Shown here: positions 24,401-48,766 of the stretch, in pieces | Layout: each line of letters starts with the position of its first letter | Numbering within the stretch: the first letter of the stretch is position 1 | NCBI GenBank assembly: GCA_950097015.1 | Contig: CATNEN010000034.1 | Coordinates: 2,976,001-3,040,000, forward strand | Direction: 5' to 3' | Source of the DNA: Macrostomum hystrix | Lineage: Eukaryota > Animalia > Platyhelminthes | Length of the DNA: 64,000 nt | The notes under the pieces: model-generated | The model's database searches: none | Seen by the model: the letters and a program-made list of their open reading frames with translations, nothing else | Told to the model about the DNA's origin: nothing | Made by a program: the position numbers and the translations under genes

Positions 24401-27400
24401 CGTGTCTCCTCCTTCTTTTCTCTTCACCTCCCCTTTAGCTTGATTTGCCTCGCCCTTCCTTCATGCAGCACTATTTTCTATGGCATGCATTGCCAGCCTC
24501 CCAGATTTTATATGGCACTGCCCCCACCCCGCTTTGCGGCGCTTTGGCCGCCATGCGAGTGTCCGTCCGCTCCCCACCCCCTGTGCTGTGACGGGCCGTG
24601 CTTAGGCTAGGGCTGTGTGTATATTCGACTCTGTGTGGGATATTAGGGATAGTTGCCTACAGCATCACTGCCGCCTCCTGCTACTTGAATGCATTTTTCA
24701 AACCCCCACCTACCATCTATGCGAACACGCGCAATGCGGCAGCACACCCTGGGGTGTGTTCAATTATTTTGCTTCTAGAAAAGAACGGCTGCGACTGATT
24801 CGCATTTTTCAGCTTCTAAAACGCTTTTTTTCCCTGCGAATCCGAACCTTATTATAGACTCGTGCCTCTCCATCGCTCATTCCTCTTTCAGTAACCTTGC
24901 TTTCCCCTCGGCCATCATTTATGCAGACCCAAAGCAACCGTTCTGCTATCCTCTTACCCATCTGCCCTCTCTCCTTCACTGAAAAGAGGCTAGTTGTCTC
25001 CTTTCTCTGTGTCTCTGACGGCCCCACCGGTCCGATTGCTCCCTAGACTCAAAAAAATCTTTACCAGAGTGAGCTCAACTCCCGTTATCCTTATCCCGCC
25101 CCCATTCCTCCTATTCCTGCCCAGTTTCTTCTCTTCTTTTTACGGCTTATCTGCTAGCTAACTTCACCGAACTCTCAACTGGCTGCGTCCCGAGCCCAGG
25201 GGCCACCCTCATTCTCTCTGCACGCACAAATATACACCCTGTATCAGTGATCCGCCTATCTCCAGTTCCCCACACACACACACACACAAGCGCACACAGT
25301 TCTCTCATCTAAAACTCCTTCCTGACAGCAATGCATTGCCTAACCGTCTGTCTTCCTTCTGCTTCTGCTCAAATGGGAAGTGAGGCGGAGACTAAGGCAA
25401 CCGACTTGAACCTCTTGGCTTCTCATCTGCAGCATTGCCAAGCCTGTCTTAGCCCTAACTGGTCATGCTTCTATTAGCCATGACCTGCTCCCATCCTCAC
25501 TGCAACCAATTCAATACAGCTTTATACCTGCCAGCCCTCCCTGACACACGCGCACACGCGTGCAAACAGAGAGGAGAGAAGCGGAGGCGATTGCTTGACA
25601 TTATTATGCATCCCTCATTCCTTATAATATTGTGTAGGCAACTGGCCTATCAGTCTGCCTTCGTCCAGGCCACTCGCTTCTCGCTCCACTCGCTTCCAAT
25701 TGATGTTAAAATCTCTAAAAACCCTAGTTACGCGCTTTGCTTTGGCTGGCGCACCTTCTTGCGCACTTCTTTTTTTTACGTTCTTCATCAGCATCATCCA
25801 ACTGTGGCTCTTATTCACTCGCGCGCGCGCACAGCATGGCCGGAGGATGGGGTAGACGCCCCTAGAAAAAACCTGTCACACCCCTACACAGCTTTGGGAG
25901 GCTGGGTATGCTTGGTGATGGTCCGGCAGCTATAGCAGCTATCGTGTTAAAGGCATGCGGCAAATGATGAAGAGTGAGGCTGGTTCAGCCAGATTCACCC
26001 ACATCTCTCATCCTATTCTCTCCCCCTGCCTTTGGCCCATCATCTCCGTCCACCGGCCCTTCACCCGCCTCCCCCGCTGTATATGCGAACACAGGCGGCT
26101 TGGCGGCGAATTTTTTTCCCAGATCCGGGCGTCTGCCCGTGACCCAGCCAAGCAGCTAGCGGCAGCCATTGCCGCTATTCCCCGTGTGTGTATGCATGTG
26201 ACTCCTCATCTCATCTGGCTATCTATCCACTCCCCGATTTCTCCTGCTTAGTTCCTAGTCCTCAGATTCCGGCTTGAATTGTCGTCCATCCCCACCGCCC
26301 CTTATACCGCCACTGCGAATCCCGCGGCCATCCAGTGCTGCCTTTTTTGTCGCCTTCCCCAGTCCTTCTTCTCGTCGTCGTGGTCGTTCTCTGCCTCTCC
26401 TTCTCTCGCCCACGCCTCTCTCCGCAATGCATTCCTGCGGCAAGATCACTTCCCTCTATTCCCTCTTTTACTCTATGCGCAGTCCTCCGCCGCCGCCACC
26501 ATACAGCTCCCAGTCGCTTTTTTTCCCAAAAAATTTTCTCCTAACACAACCGATCCCCTCCTAGTCTCCCCAATCGCTGCAGCAACCTCATGATATGTCC
26601 GCATCTGGGCATATCTCCCTTATAGGTGGGCCCGTTTGCCACACACACACACACACACACACTTCGCTTTGGGAAACAGCAAAAGTCTAGAGCTGTAAAT
26701 CCATCTAGCCTCATCACTCTAACCCCTGCCCCAACGCTGCCTCGATTTTTAAGCAGGTCTTTTTGGCACACACACACACACACACACACACACCTATACA
26801 CCTATTTCCGCCTCATTTCCATTCAGTACCCTCTCCGCTTCCCCGCTCCTCCTAACACACCCAAAGATTCAGCTGACTTCGTGCGCTGAACCCCCCTGAC
26901 TTGGCCGCTATGGCACTGTGGGTTTCTGTGAGTTCCCTTAAGCTGCTTTTCCAGCTAGGTTTCTATAAGACAAATTTCAAAATAAAAAAAATCAAACAGT
27001 TTTAATCTTCCCTAAAAGTCTACGGTGCTAGAAACTAATTTTGTTTAGTGTCTAAAGCATTGATACGCCCCAGTTTTAGTTGTTCTTGTGTCTGTCTATG
27101 TCCCCGCCTCAACCTCCGTGCCTCTCAATTCCCTACTCCACACTCCACGCGGCTGTATATGACGACTGCCGGCCTACCTGACGATTAAGCCACCCACCAC
27201 CGCCGCAGCCGCCGCAGACCAAAGCTTTGCTTCAATTCTACTTTCTCCAATTTTATTGTGCAAGCCGTCAAGTCACGCTGCAATGCAAAGGAAGGGATAT
27301 TATAACATATGTCATGTCTGACACGCTGCCCACTGGCCTTGCTCTCTGCCACCCCTTCCTCAACTGAATCCGACCACCCCACCCGGCACCACCCACCCCC

Positions 27401-28147
27401 TATTCCCAACTCTCCTCGAAGCTTTGGCTTCCTCTTCTCTCACCAACCGGCTTCTCACATATACCCAAAAACCTATCTTGCTCCCTTTTCCTCTCTCTCT
27501 TTCCCCTGCTTCGCCTCCGCTGGGCTCAACCTCATCCCTTACCTCCCTCCCCGCCCTCCTTCTCCCTGCTGATCAATTCAATTGAAGAGACTGCGAGTTT
27601 AGTGAGAGACTGAGAGCGAGCGAGAGAGAAAAAAATATATAGAGCTGCTCCTACCACACTCTCACATACACACACGGAAAGCTCCCCTTCATCCTTCTGC
27701 CCAGCAGGCCGACCCCCGCCCGTCCCCGCAGCGACCCGCTTGGCGAAGAAAGAGAGAGAGAGAGGAACAGGAGGCAGAAAGACCCGAGCGCGGAGAGAGA
27801 AGCATAGACGGATATTTAAGAAGGGCCAAAGTCATCTCCTCCATTGCCTCGCATCCCCTTTACCTCCTCAGTCTCCCATTCCAGTCCAGCCGTCTTTCTG
27901 GCTGCCCCATCTTTTTCTTCCTCGGCCATCAACTAGCCCTCCAACCCGCCACCGACCCAATAATACTTCACCCTCGGCAGGCCTTGGAACTGTTAGTTAG
28001 TGCCCCGGCTCGACTGACATTCTTTTAACAACACCAGACCGAGCAGCAGCCAGAGATGCCTATTGATAGGTGCAGTTTGCCAGCAAATTAAAGTGATAAT
28101 AGACATTGTAATTGATTCGATTGGACTAATTAGCACCGGTAGCAGCA

Positions 28148-38275
<10,128 letters not shown>

Positions 38276-40168
38276 TTTGCCCCTTATACTACTAACTATA
38301 CTACTTGCCGCCATAAATCAAGGTTGAATCCAAAATAGGTTCTCAGAATTGTAGAAGCAATACTGGCACAGCTTTCAGTGAATATATGAATCTTTTTTTC
38401 TGCATCTAATTTTGTATATATCTATGTGTATCTATTTGTGTGTGTGTGTGTGCACTCTTGTATGGTCACACATCGAGTTGAAAAGCAATCTCCGTCTATC
38501 GATCGGTCCCTAAACTTGACAAACTCTCACACACCTCTATCAAAATAAGATAACCGATTCTTTATTATTAATATTATTATTATTATTAGTTCGTTTGCTT
38601 TCAGGTGTCAAGCGGTGTCGTGTTTTTATTGCGTCTATTTTGTTTGTTGCTTTGTGTTCCTGTTTTTAATAAAAAACTGACTGCATTTTTGTCGTGTATT
38701 TGTCTCCGGTCGACCCGAGCCCTCACTGTCAGCCTCTTCTGTATACATGTGCAAACCCATTTGTCTTTAGCTTTTAGTATTGTGCGAACTATAGCAATGA
38801 ACAGGTTATTGTCATTCGTCCCATATTTTATTCGATATTTAACCCGCCGCTAATTATATAATAATGATAATAGTTACGTTTGTTTTACGCCGATGAATGT
38901 TCTACAAGTCTGTGTGGCACATATATGCATACTCTTTTATTTCTGTGTAAATACATACAGCTTTTATCCCACACATTTTGCAAGCTTTCACATTTCTTCA
39001 GCTCACACGAAAATACTACTCAGACTGATATGATATCGTTAGTAGTCAGTTCGCGATACTAATTCATTATTTATCTTTATTCTTCGCTTCTTTTGTTCGC
39101 AGCAGCTTTTTATAGCGTTATTATGGCACCGAAACTTGAGGGCTTGTTCTCAATGCTTAGATTTGCCAAGTACTTGTCTCGCTTAGGTCAATTAGCTGTT
39201 TAATTGTTATTTTTTACTATGATTTATTACGATAGTGACTCTGCCTCTACTCTCTCTCTCTGCGCGCTGTCTGTCTCTGTCTGTATCGTTGCAATTCTGT
39301 TATTCGCAAACTACTGCAAGTAGCAACATATGCATCTATTTATACATATATATTCCTTCTATATATCTATGCCTACATTGTCTATACATATTTGTTCGAA
39401 CAAATCTGTCGGGTCCACGCGTGCATTAATTATTTAAATTAAGCAGCTGAGAGAGTTCATGTTAGATTCAGTTGTGCCAGAGGGACTGAACACCCGTAAC
39501 TAACTAGTCAATTATATTTGAATTTAATCTCAACTCAAAGAAAAAATCAACCGAATATTTGTCCAGTCTCGTTAGCGTAACTGTCTCTGTAACGGCGCAT
39601 ATTTTTGTGCGCAAATTTTATGTACGTTTATATTATGTACACTTTAGTGTACAATTGTGAGTGTGCATACACTGTTACGTGCATTAATAATGTGCATCAA
39701 TGTACAATCGTGATGTACATTCATTGGTGTACATTCGCGATGTACATATAGCTATGTACATTCATCAAGTTAAACACTGCGGCGTACATTCGTATTGTGA
39801 AGTGATTTGTCGCACCATTGTTCAGCTGCTTAAGCATTCTCGCTTTCTCTTTCTTATTTTTATTATTCACTGTTGTTATTTTTGGTTTTTTAACATAAGG
39901 CAATTCAACCAATTTTTATCTGTTCTCTGCAATGCCACAGTGTGTTTGTTCCTGTCTGTGTTTTATGTCTCTCCTGTCAGCTTGGGTGTACAAAATGAAA
40001 TATAATTTATTATTTAATTTGAAACGTGCAGTTCCGTAATATTATAAGCTTTTTATTTGTCAGTGAATGAATGTTACAAGCTACAAAACTGTTTGTGGTC
40101 TGATAGCTTCCGACTATTTTTAACAAAAAAGGATAACGCTGTTTGATAGCGCAAATTAAACATCCGGT

Positions 40169-41154
40169 TCACAGCCTCACAAACAGCTCCGTGCTGCCCA
40201 TTGACGAGCAGTTCTTGTTGATGAACATGTCGCAGTTCCGGCCGGTGTAGCTGAAGGACAGGCAGGTCTCTGAAGTGGCGCAGTAGTTCGCGCACTCCAG
40301 CCTGACTCCGGAAGCAAGGCTCCTGGCTGCTGAACAAACAGCTGTCACCGGCAGTTGCTGGAAAATCACCACTGATCATGACGGGATGGGGTGATTACAC
40401 TGGATGGTGAATTGAATTTGTAGATTTGATTGTTAATCTGACAGGTGACTGGGAACATGACAGTTGACAGTGAATCTGACAGATGACAGTAAATCTGAGA
40501 GATGACAGTGAATCTGACAGTTGACAGTGAATCTGACAGATGACAGTAAATCTGACAGATGACAGTGAATCTGACAGATGACAGTAAATCTGACAGATGA
40601 CAGTGAATCTGACAGATGACAGTAAATCTGACAGGTGACTGGGAACATGACAGATGACAGTGAATCTGACAGCTGACAGTGAATCTGACAGATAACAGTG
40701 AATCTGACAGGTGACTGTGAATCTGACAGGTGACTGTGAATCTGACAGGTGACTGTGAATCTGACAGGTGACAGTGAATCTGACAGATGACAGTGAATCT
40801 GACAGGTGACAGTGAATCTGACAGGTGACAGTGAATCTGACAAATGACTGTGAATCTGACAGGTGACAGTGAATCTGACAGATGACAGTGAATCTGACAG
40901 GTGACAGTGAATCTGACAGGTGACAGTGAATCTGACAGGTGACAGTGAATCTGACAGATGACAGTGAATCTGTCAAACGGTAGCACGTAAGTCAAGCAGG
41001 TGACATATAACTAGTCAATTATGTTAAATCGAAAATAACTGAAGGCAGCGGACTCACCCGAGTCGGTAAGAGAGTTGACTTGGCCAGTTAGAATTAAGTT
41101 GAGAGCAGTCACAGCAACCAAAAGGTAGGTAATGGTGGAGTGTGGCTGATGCAT
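40169..41154 (-). CDS. Small secreted single PAN/Apple-like domain protein A (99 aa); exons 41154-41058, 40371-40169
   Basis: Signal-like exon MHQPHSTITYLLVAVTALNLILTGQVNSLTDS, phase-1 GTGAGT donor, CAG acceptor, then VIFQQLPVTAVCSAARSLASGVRLECANYCATSETCLSFSYTGRNCDMFINKNC..FVRL*. Confidence 0.8.
40435..40972. repeat. 19-bp minisatellite (GTGAATCTGACAGATGACA) filling the intron of PAN gene A
   Basis: Direct reading. Confidence 0.95.
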
Positions 41155-41751
41155 CTCAATATGCCGGATAATGTCTAGCATTAGTCAACTAAACTCAAGG
41201 GGCAAATCAATTCTAGCTTACTCAGAAATTTTGAGACAGTACTCTACATCCAGATTCGAGATTGAATAGGCCTTAGATAGCTGTCGAAAATGGCGTCTAT
41301 ATTGCAGCTCTGGTTGCTCTTAGCAACCCGCTTTGTGTCTGCTTGCATTTATGCAAAAAAAATTCAACGGAGAAAAATAAGGAACTCGATGCATTATTGT
41401 GAGAACCCCTCAGTTTGTTTCTCAGCGAAGCAGGTAAAATCCCTTTTGAAATTCATCCAGGGAGCTGCGAAAATTCAGTTTGGCGACAACTTCAGCAACT
41501 ATTGAAAAGGCGTCACGCTGCAATGCTTTTTCACAATTTACAGTTTTTTTTAATTTATTTTTATTTATTTATTTATTTATTTTTAACGATTAAACGAATA
41601 ACGAATTTAACGAATAACGATTATTTTAACGATTTCTAACGATTTATTTTTAAATCGTTTACATAGCCATAATATGGGCTTAGTGACAGAACAGCTTCGC
41701 AATGTCATAGCGGTCAATCTCTGAGGCTATTTGTCTTCACAGAATGCCCTC

Positions 41752-43381
41752 CTAAGCCGCCTTGTTGAAGGCCGTTGCGCCTACAGACTGGGCGCAGCTA
41801 GTCTGATTGGAGTGAACACAAACTCCGCTATCGAAGCTGAACGATCGGCAGCCTTGGCTATTGGCGCAGTGGGCGGCGCACTCCTCCCGACTTTCCGGCT
41901 GAGTCAGCGGCCACAGGAAGCTGCTGAGGCAGGCGCCCGAGCCTGCAGCCTGAGCCGCTGCGCCTTCGAACCTGGCTGTGAGTGTTTCGGGTGGGTCATT
42001 TGAGTAGCTTAGTGATGAGTCATTTGAGTAGCTTAGTAATGAGTCATTTGAGTAGCTTAGTGATGAATCATTTGAGTAGCTTAGTGATGAATCATTTGAG
42101 TAGCTTAGTGATGCCTCATTTGAGTAGCTTAGTGATGAGTCATTTGAGTAGCTTAGTAATGAGTCATTTGAGTAGCTTAGTGATGAATCATTTGAGTAGC
42201 TTAGTGATGAATCATTTGAGTAGCTTAGTGATGAGTCATTTGAGTAGCTTAGTGATGAATCATTTGAGTAGCTTAGGAAATAGTCATATGGGTAGATTAG
42301 TAATTAGTCATTTGAGTAGATTTGTAATGAGTCATTTGAGTAGCTTAGGAATGAGTCATTTGAGTAGCTTAGTGATGAGTCATTTGAGTAGCTTAGTGAT
42401 GAATCATTTGAGTAGCTTAGTGATGAGTCATTTGAGTAGCTTAGGAAATAGTCATATGGGTAGATTAGTAATTAGTCATTTGAGTAGATTTGTAATGAGT
42501 CATTTGAGTAGCTTAGGAATGAGTCATTTGAGTAGCTTAGTGATGAGTCATTTGAGTAGCTTAGTGATGAATCATTTGAGTAGCTTAGTGATGAGTCATT
42601 TGAGTAGCTTAGTGATGAATCATTTGAGTAGCTTAGTGATGAGTCATTTGAGTAGCTTAGTGATGAATCATTTGAGTAGCTTAGGAAATAGTCATATGGG
42701 TAGATTAGTAATTAGTCATTTGAGTAGATTTGTAATGAGTCATTTGAGTAGCTTAGGAATGAGTCATTTGAGTAGCTTAGTGATGAGTCATTTGAGTAGC
42801 TTAGTGATGAATCATTTGAGTAGCTTAGTGATGAGTCATTTGAGTAGCTTAGTGATGAATCATTTGAGTAGCTTAGTGATGAGTCATTTGAGTAGCTTAG
42901 TGATGAATCATTTGAGTAGCTTAGTGATGAGTCATTTGAGTAGCTTAGTGATGAATCATTTGAGTAGCTTAGGAAATAGTCATATGGGTAGATTAGTAAT
43001 TAGTCATTTGAGTAGATTTGTAATGAGTCATTTGAGTAGCTTAGGAATGAGTCATTTGAGTAGCTTAGGAATGAGTCATTTGAGTAGATTAGTAATGAGT
43101 CATTTGAGTAGCTTAGGAAATAGTCATATGATTAGATTAGTAATGAGTCATTTGAGTAGCTTAGGAATGAGTCATTTGAGTAGATTAGTTATGAGTCATT
43201 TGAGTAGCTTAGGAAATAGTCATATGAGTAGATTAGTTATGAGTCAAAAGAGATACTAAATAGCAGACTCACTCCAAACTCCTTCGTCCGCAGCTGCTTT
43301 AAGTTGTGACGTCATACTGGTGGACAAAATGGCTATTACCAGAGCAATCAACCTATAGTAATACAAGTCTCTGAAAGCCAT
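41752..43381 (-). CDS. Small secreted single PAN/Apple-like domain protein B (about 110 aa); exons 43381-43273, 41975-41752
   Basis: Hand translation of the minus strand: MAFRDLYYYRLIALVIAILSTSMTSQLKAAADEGVW-T-RFEGAAAQAAGSGACLSSFLWPLTQPESREECAAHCANSQGCRSFSFDSGVCVHSNQTSCAQSVGATAFNKAA*. GTGAGT donor, CACAG acceptor, phase 1, same Cys spacing as A and C. Not in the ORF track. Confidence 0.85.
41994..43246. repeat. 24-bp minisatellite (GAGTCATTTGAGTAGCTTAGTGAT) with higher-order variant blocks, in the intron of PAN gene B
   Basis: Direct reading; the variant block GGAAATAGTCATATG.. recurs several times. Confidence 0.97.
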
Positions 43382-43783
43382 GCCTGTAGCTAGCCTGCAG
43401 ATTTGGAGTTTAACAAAAATTGCAACAAAATCTCTCCCGTTTTGATGGTTTAACTCAGTTATCTGCTCGGTTGCCTAGCGGTAAACAGTGGAATATTTTA
43501 TTTAAAAATCTGCCTATTCAGGCGAAAAAGAGACAATGGAATGGGTGCAAGTAAAATGATCCCAGACTTATATTTCCCCTCGATTTCAGCTGCGACGCGA
43601 TCAAAAATGGAATATACATCTCACTATTCTGAAACGCAATTTCAACGTAATATACTCGTATTTTCACCGTAGACCGAAAATGATTTACCAATCATTCTCA
43701 AGCTGATAGATTTAAGCAGATAAAATGGAGAGAACAGCTTAATTGGTAATTTAGCTTAGAACAATACGTTACAAAAATATCCT

Positions 43784-46530
43784 GGTAGCTGTGAATGGGT
43801 AGCTGTGAATGGGTAGCTGTGAATAGGTAGCTGTGAATGGGTAGCTGTGAATGGATAGCTGTGAATGGGTAGCTGTGAATGGGTAGCTGTGAATGGATAG
43901 CTGTGAATGGGTAGCTGTGAATGGGTAGCTGTGAATGGGTAGCTGTGAATAGGTAGCTGTGAATGGGCAGCTGTGAATGGGTAGCTGTGAATGGATAGCT
44001 GTGAATAGGTAGCTGTGAATGGGTAGCTGTAAATAGGTAACTGTGAATTGGTAGCTGTGAATGGATAGCTGTGAATAGGTAGCTGTGAATGGATAGCTGT
44101 GAATGGGTAGCTGTGAATGGGTAGCTGTGAATGGGTAGCTGTGAATGGATAGCTGTGAATGGGTAGCTGTGAATGGGTAGCTGTGAATGGGTAGCTGTGA
44201 ATGGGTAGCTGTAAATAGGTAACTGTGAATTGGTAGCTGTGAATGGGTAGCTGTGAATAGGTAGCTGTGAATGGATAGCTGTCAATAGGTAGCTGTGAAT
44301 GGGTAGCTGTGAATGGGTAGCTGTGAATAGGTAGCTGTGAATGGGCAGCTGTGAATGGGTAGCTGTGAATGGATAGCTGTGAATAGGTAGCTGTGAATGG
44401 GTAGCTGTAAATAGGTAACTGTGAATTGGTAGCTGTGAATGGATAGCTGTGAATAGGTAGCTGTGAATGGATAGCTGTGAATGGGTAGCTGTGAATGGGT
44501 AGCTGTGAATGGGTAGCTGTGAATGGATAGCTGTGAATGGGTAGCTGTGAATGGGTAGCTGTGAATGGGTAGCTGTGAATGGGTAGCTGTAAATAGGTAA
44601 CTGTGAATTGGTAGCTGTGAATGGGTAGCTGTGAATAGGTAGCTGTGAATGGATAGCTGTCAATAGGTAGCTGTGAATGGGTAGCTGTGAATGGGTAGCT
44701 GTGAATGGGTAGCTGTGAATGGGTAGCAGTGAATAGGTAGCAGTGAATGGATAGCTGTGAATGGGTAGCTGTGAATGGATAGCTGTGAATGGGTAGCTGT
44801 GAATAGGTAGCTGTGAATGGGTAGCTGTGAATAGGTAGCAGTGAATAGGTAGCTATGAATAGGTAGCAGTGAATAGGTAGCTGTGAATGGGTAGCTGTGA
44901 ATGGGTAGCAGTGAATAGGTAGCTGTGAATGGGTAGCTGTGAATAGGTAGCAGTGAATAGGTAGCTGTGAATAGGTAGCTGTGAATGGGTAGCTTTGAAT
45001 GGATAGCTGTGAATGGGTAGCTTTGAATGGATAGCTGTGAATGGGTAGCTGTGAATGGATAGCTGTGAATGGGTAGCTTTGAATGGATAGCTGTGAATGG
45101 GTAGCTGTGAATGGGTAGCTGTGAATGGGTAGCTGTGAATGGGTAGCTGTGAATAGGTAGCAGTGAATGGGTAGCTGTGAATGGGTAGCTGTGAATGGGT
45201 AGCTGTGAATGGGTAGCTGTGAATGGGTAGCTGTGAATGGGTAGCTTTGAATGGATAGCTGTGAATGGATAGCTGTGAATGGATAGCTGTGAATGGGTAG
45301 CTGTGAATGGGTAGCTGTGAATAGGTAGCAGTGAATGGGTAGCTGTGAATGGGTAGCTGTGAATGGGTAGCTGTGAATGGGTAGCTGTGAATGGGTAGCT
45401 GTGAATAGGTAGCTGTGAATGGGTAGCTGTGAATAGGTAGCAGTGAATAGGTAGCTGTGAATAGGTAGCTGTGAATGGATAGCTGTGAATGGGTAGCTTT
45501 GAATGGATAGCTGTGAATGGGTAGCTGTGAATGGATAGCTGTGAATGGGTAGCTTTGAATGGATAGCTGTGAATGGGTAGCTGTGAATGGGTAGCTGTGA
45601 ATAGGTAGCAGTGAATAGGTAGCTGTGAATAGGTAGCTGTGAATGGGTAGCTGTGAATGGGTAGCTGTGAATAGGTAGCAGTGAATAGGTAGCTGTGAAT
45701 GGGTAGCTGTGAATAGGTAGCTTTGAATGGATAGCTGTGAATGGATAGCTGTGAATGGGTAGCTGTGAATGGATAGCTGTGAATGGGTAGCTTTGAATGG
45801 ATAGCTGTGAATGGGTAGCTGTGAATGGATAGCTGTGAATGGGTAGCTTTGAATGGATAGCTGTGAATGGGTAGCTGTGAATGGGTAGCTGTGAATGGGT
45901 AGCTGTGAATGGGTAGCTGTGAATAGGTAGCAGTGAATGGTTAGCTGTGAATAGGTAGCTGTGAATGGGTAGCTGTGAATGGGTAGCTGTGAATGGGTAG
46001 CTGTGAATGGGTAGCTTTGAATGGATAGCTGTGAATGGATAGCTGTGAATGGATAGCTGTGAATGGATAGCTGTGAATGGATAGCTGTGAATGGGTAGCT
46101 GTGAATGGGTAGCTGTGAATAGGTAGCAGTGAATGGGTAGCTGTGAATGGGTAGCTGTGAATGGGTAGCTGTGAATGGGTAGCTGTGAATGGGTAGCTGT
46201 GAATAGGTAGCTGTGAATGGGTAGCTGTGAATAGGTAGCTGTGAATGGGTAGCTGTGAATAGGTAGCAGTGAATAGGTAGCTGTGAATAGGTAGCAGTGA
46301 ATAGGTAGCTGTGAATGGGTAGCTGTGAATAGGTAGCAGTGAATAGGTAGCTGTGAATGGGTAGCTGTGAATAGGTAGCAGTGAATAGGTAGCTGTGAAT
46401 AGGTAGCTGTGAATGGGTAGCTTTGAATGGATAGCTGTGAATGGGTAGCTTTGAATGGATAGCTGTGAATGGGTAGCTGTGAATGGGTAGCTGTGAATGG
46501 GTAGCTGTGAATAGGTGAATAGGTGAATGG
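43784..46530. repeat. 14-bp minisatellite (GTAGCTGTGAATGG), about 2.75 kb, intergenic
   Basis: Direct reading; includes a 378-bp higher-order duplication. Confidence 0.98.
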
Positions 46531-46898
46531 GCAGGTACCCACAGGTACTCTTAAATGAGTATTAATATGCTTGTTTATAAACGCTAAAAAGTAAGCGCGC
46601 TTTGACTTAGTCGGTAGTTTCGAGATTAATTTCGGATTAGCAAATGCAAACTTGCAGTTTTTTGTCGATATTGCTAAGCGATTTTTGTGAACAGGTCGCT
46701 AGGAACTTTTCTGAAGTGTTTTTGTCAAGTTGCTAACGTTAGTGGATTTTTTAAAGCTTACTAGGCACAATGTGTACTAAAGCAGACATCATTTGGAAAG
46801 TTCATATTTTAATCTACATTTGCTTTTCTATGAAAGAAATCATGTGGTGAACTAATTTGCATAAAAATCTACTTTATCGACTTAACAATATCAAACTT

Positions 46899-47640
46899 GT
46901 CCGGTCCAGTAGGATAAGTCCGGTAGGATAAGTCCTGGTGGATAAGTCCGGTCCTGAAGGATAAGTCCGGTCTAGTAGGATAAGTCCGGCAGGATAAGTC
47001 CGGTAGGATAAGTCCGGTAGGATAAGTCCGGTAGGATAAGTCCGGCAGGATAAGTCCGGTAGGATAAGTCCGGTAGGATAAGTCCGGTAGGATAAGTCCT
47101 GGTGGATAAGTCCGGTCCTGAAGGATAAGTCCGGTCTAGTAGGATAAGTCCGGCAGGATAAGTCCGGTAGGATAAGTCCGGTAGGATAAGTCCGGTAGGA
47201 TAAGTCCGGCAGGATAAGTCCGGTAGGATAAGTCCGGTAGGATAAGTCCGGTAGGATAAGTACGGTAGGATTAGTCCGGTAGGATAAGTCCGGTAGGATA
47301 AGTACGGTAGGATTAGTCCGGTAGGATTAGTCCGGAAGTCCGGTAGGATAAGTCCGGAAGTCCGGTAGGATAAGTCCGGTAGTCCGGTAGGATAAGTCCG
47401 GTAGGATAAGTACGGTAGGATTAGTCCGGTAGGATTAGTCCGGAAGTCCGGTAGGATAAGTCCGGAAGTCCGGTAGGATAAGTCCGGAAGTCCGGTAGGA
47501 TAAGTACGGTAGGATTAGTCCGGTAGGATTAGTCCGGAAGTCCGGTAGGATAAGTCCGGAAGTCCGGTAGGATAAGTCCGGTAGTCCGGTAGGATAAGTC
47601 CGGTAGGATAATTCCTGTAGGATAAATCTGGTAGGATAAG
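46899..47640. repeat. 14-bp minisatellite (AGGATAAGTCCGGT) with higher-order blocks
   Basis: Direct reading. Confidence 0.97.
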
Positions 47641-48228
47641 CAGTATAAGTGAATCTTATATCAGTTTAATAAAATTAAATGGAAGTTTAGAACTCAGAAA
47701 GCTCCAGTCTGGACTTTTAACGCCAGGTAAGTGGAATCGGAATGCTCTGGCGCTTGGAAGGTTTTGAAGGTTAAGTAAAAGCCAAATTGTTCTTCAACCT
47801 AACATTGTTTTCTAAGCGACTCTTAGTAAAATTTGCAGGGACTCTCCACGATGCTTAACTTCTGGTTGCTTCGAGCGCATAAAATTCTTTCAAGACTTCA
47901 AGACTTCATTCTCAAGCAAACTATCTCGTACCAGACTCACTTCTTTATTGATTTAGGCTTATTTTGCACTCTCCTGAGAGACTGTTTGTCTGGCTTTGTC
48001 TTTTATCTATTCTCAAAGAAAGAAAAAAGTGCAGGTTTTTGTTAGTCTGTCGTTAATTTGTTGTCTGAGCATTCCATTGTTTGAGCCTGTCTGTTGATCC
48101 AAAACTTTTTACTATCCTATTTGAATTATAAAGTCTTCAGACAGACCACTTCAACCTAAAATGAAACCGTAGCAGCAAAAATATTACGAAAAAAAGTACA
48201 GAGAAGACTTTGCCGAATCAAGACGATA

Positions 48229-48766
48229 GGACAGAGGGAACGTTGCAGACACACAAAGACTGGACAGGGAATGTTGCAGACACACAAAGACTGGACAGGG
48301 AATGTTGCAGACACACAAAGACTGGACAGAGTAAATGTTGCAGACACACAAAGACTGGACAGGGAATGTTGCAGACACACAAAGACTGGACAGAGGGAAT
48401 GTTGCAGACACACAAAGACTGGACAGGGAATGTTGCAGACACACAAAGACTGGACAGGGAATGTTGCAGACACACAAAGACTGGACAGAGGGAATGTTGC
48501 AGACACACAAAGACTGGACAGAGGGAATGTTGCAGACACACAAAGACTGGACAGAGGGAATGTTGCAGACACACAAAGACTGGACAGAGTGAATGTTGCA
48601 GACACACAAAGACTGGACAGAGTGAATGTTGCAGACACACAAAGACTGGACAGAGTGAATGTTGCAGACACACAAAGACTGGACAGAGGGAATGTTGCAG
48701 ACACACAAAGACTGGACAGAGTGAATGTTGCAGACACACAAAGACTGGACAGAGGGAATGTTGCAG
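48229..48766. repeat. 31-33-bp minisatellite (GGGAATGTTGCAGACACACAAAGACTGGACA(GA))
   Basis: Direct reading. Confidence 0.97.

Noticed and set aside
41290-43360. Apparent plus-strand spliced gene (ORFs 41290 and 41731 plus a short exon near 43293) with compatible phases
   Set aside because: It is the antisense shadow of PAN gene B. The minus strand gives a clean signal peptide and the conserved six-Cys domain, while the plus reading has no recognisable motif.
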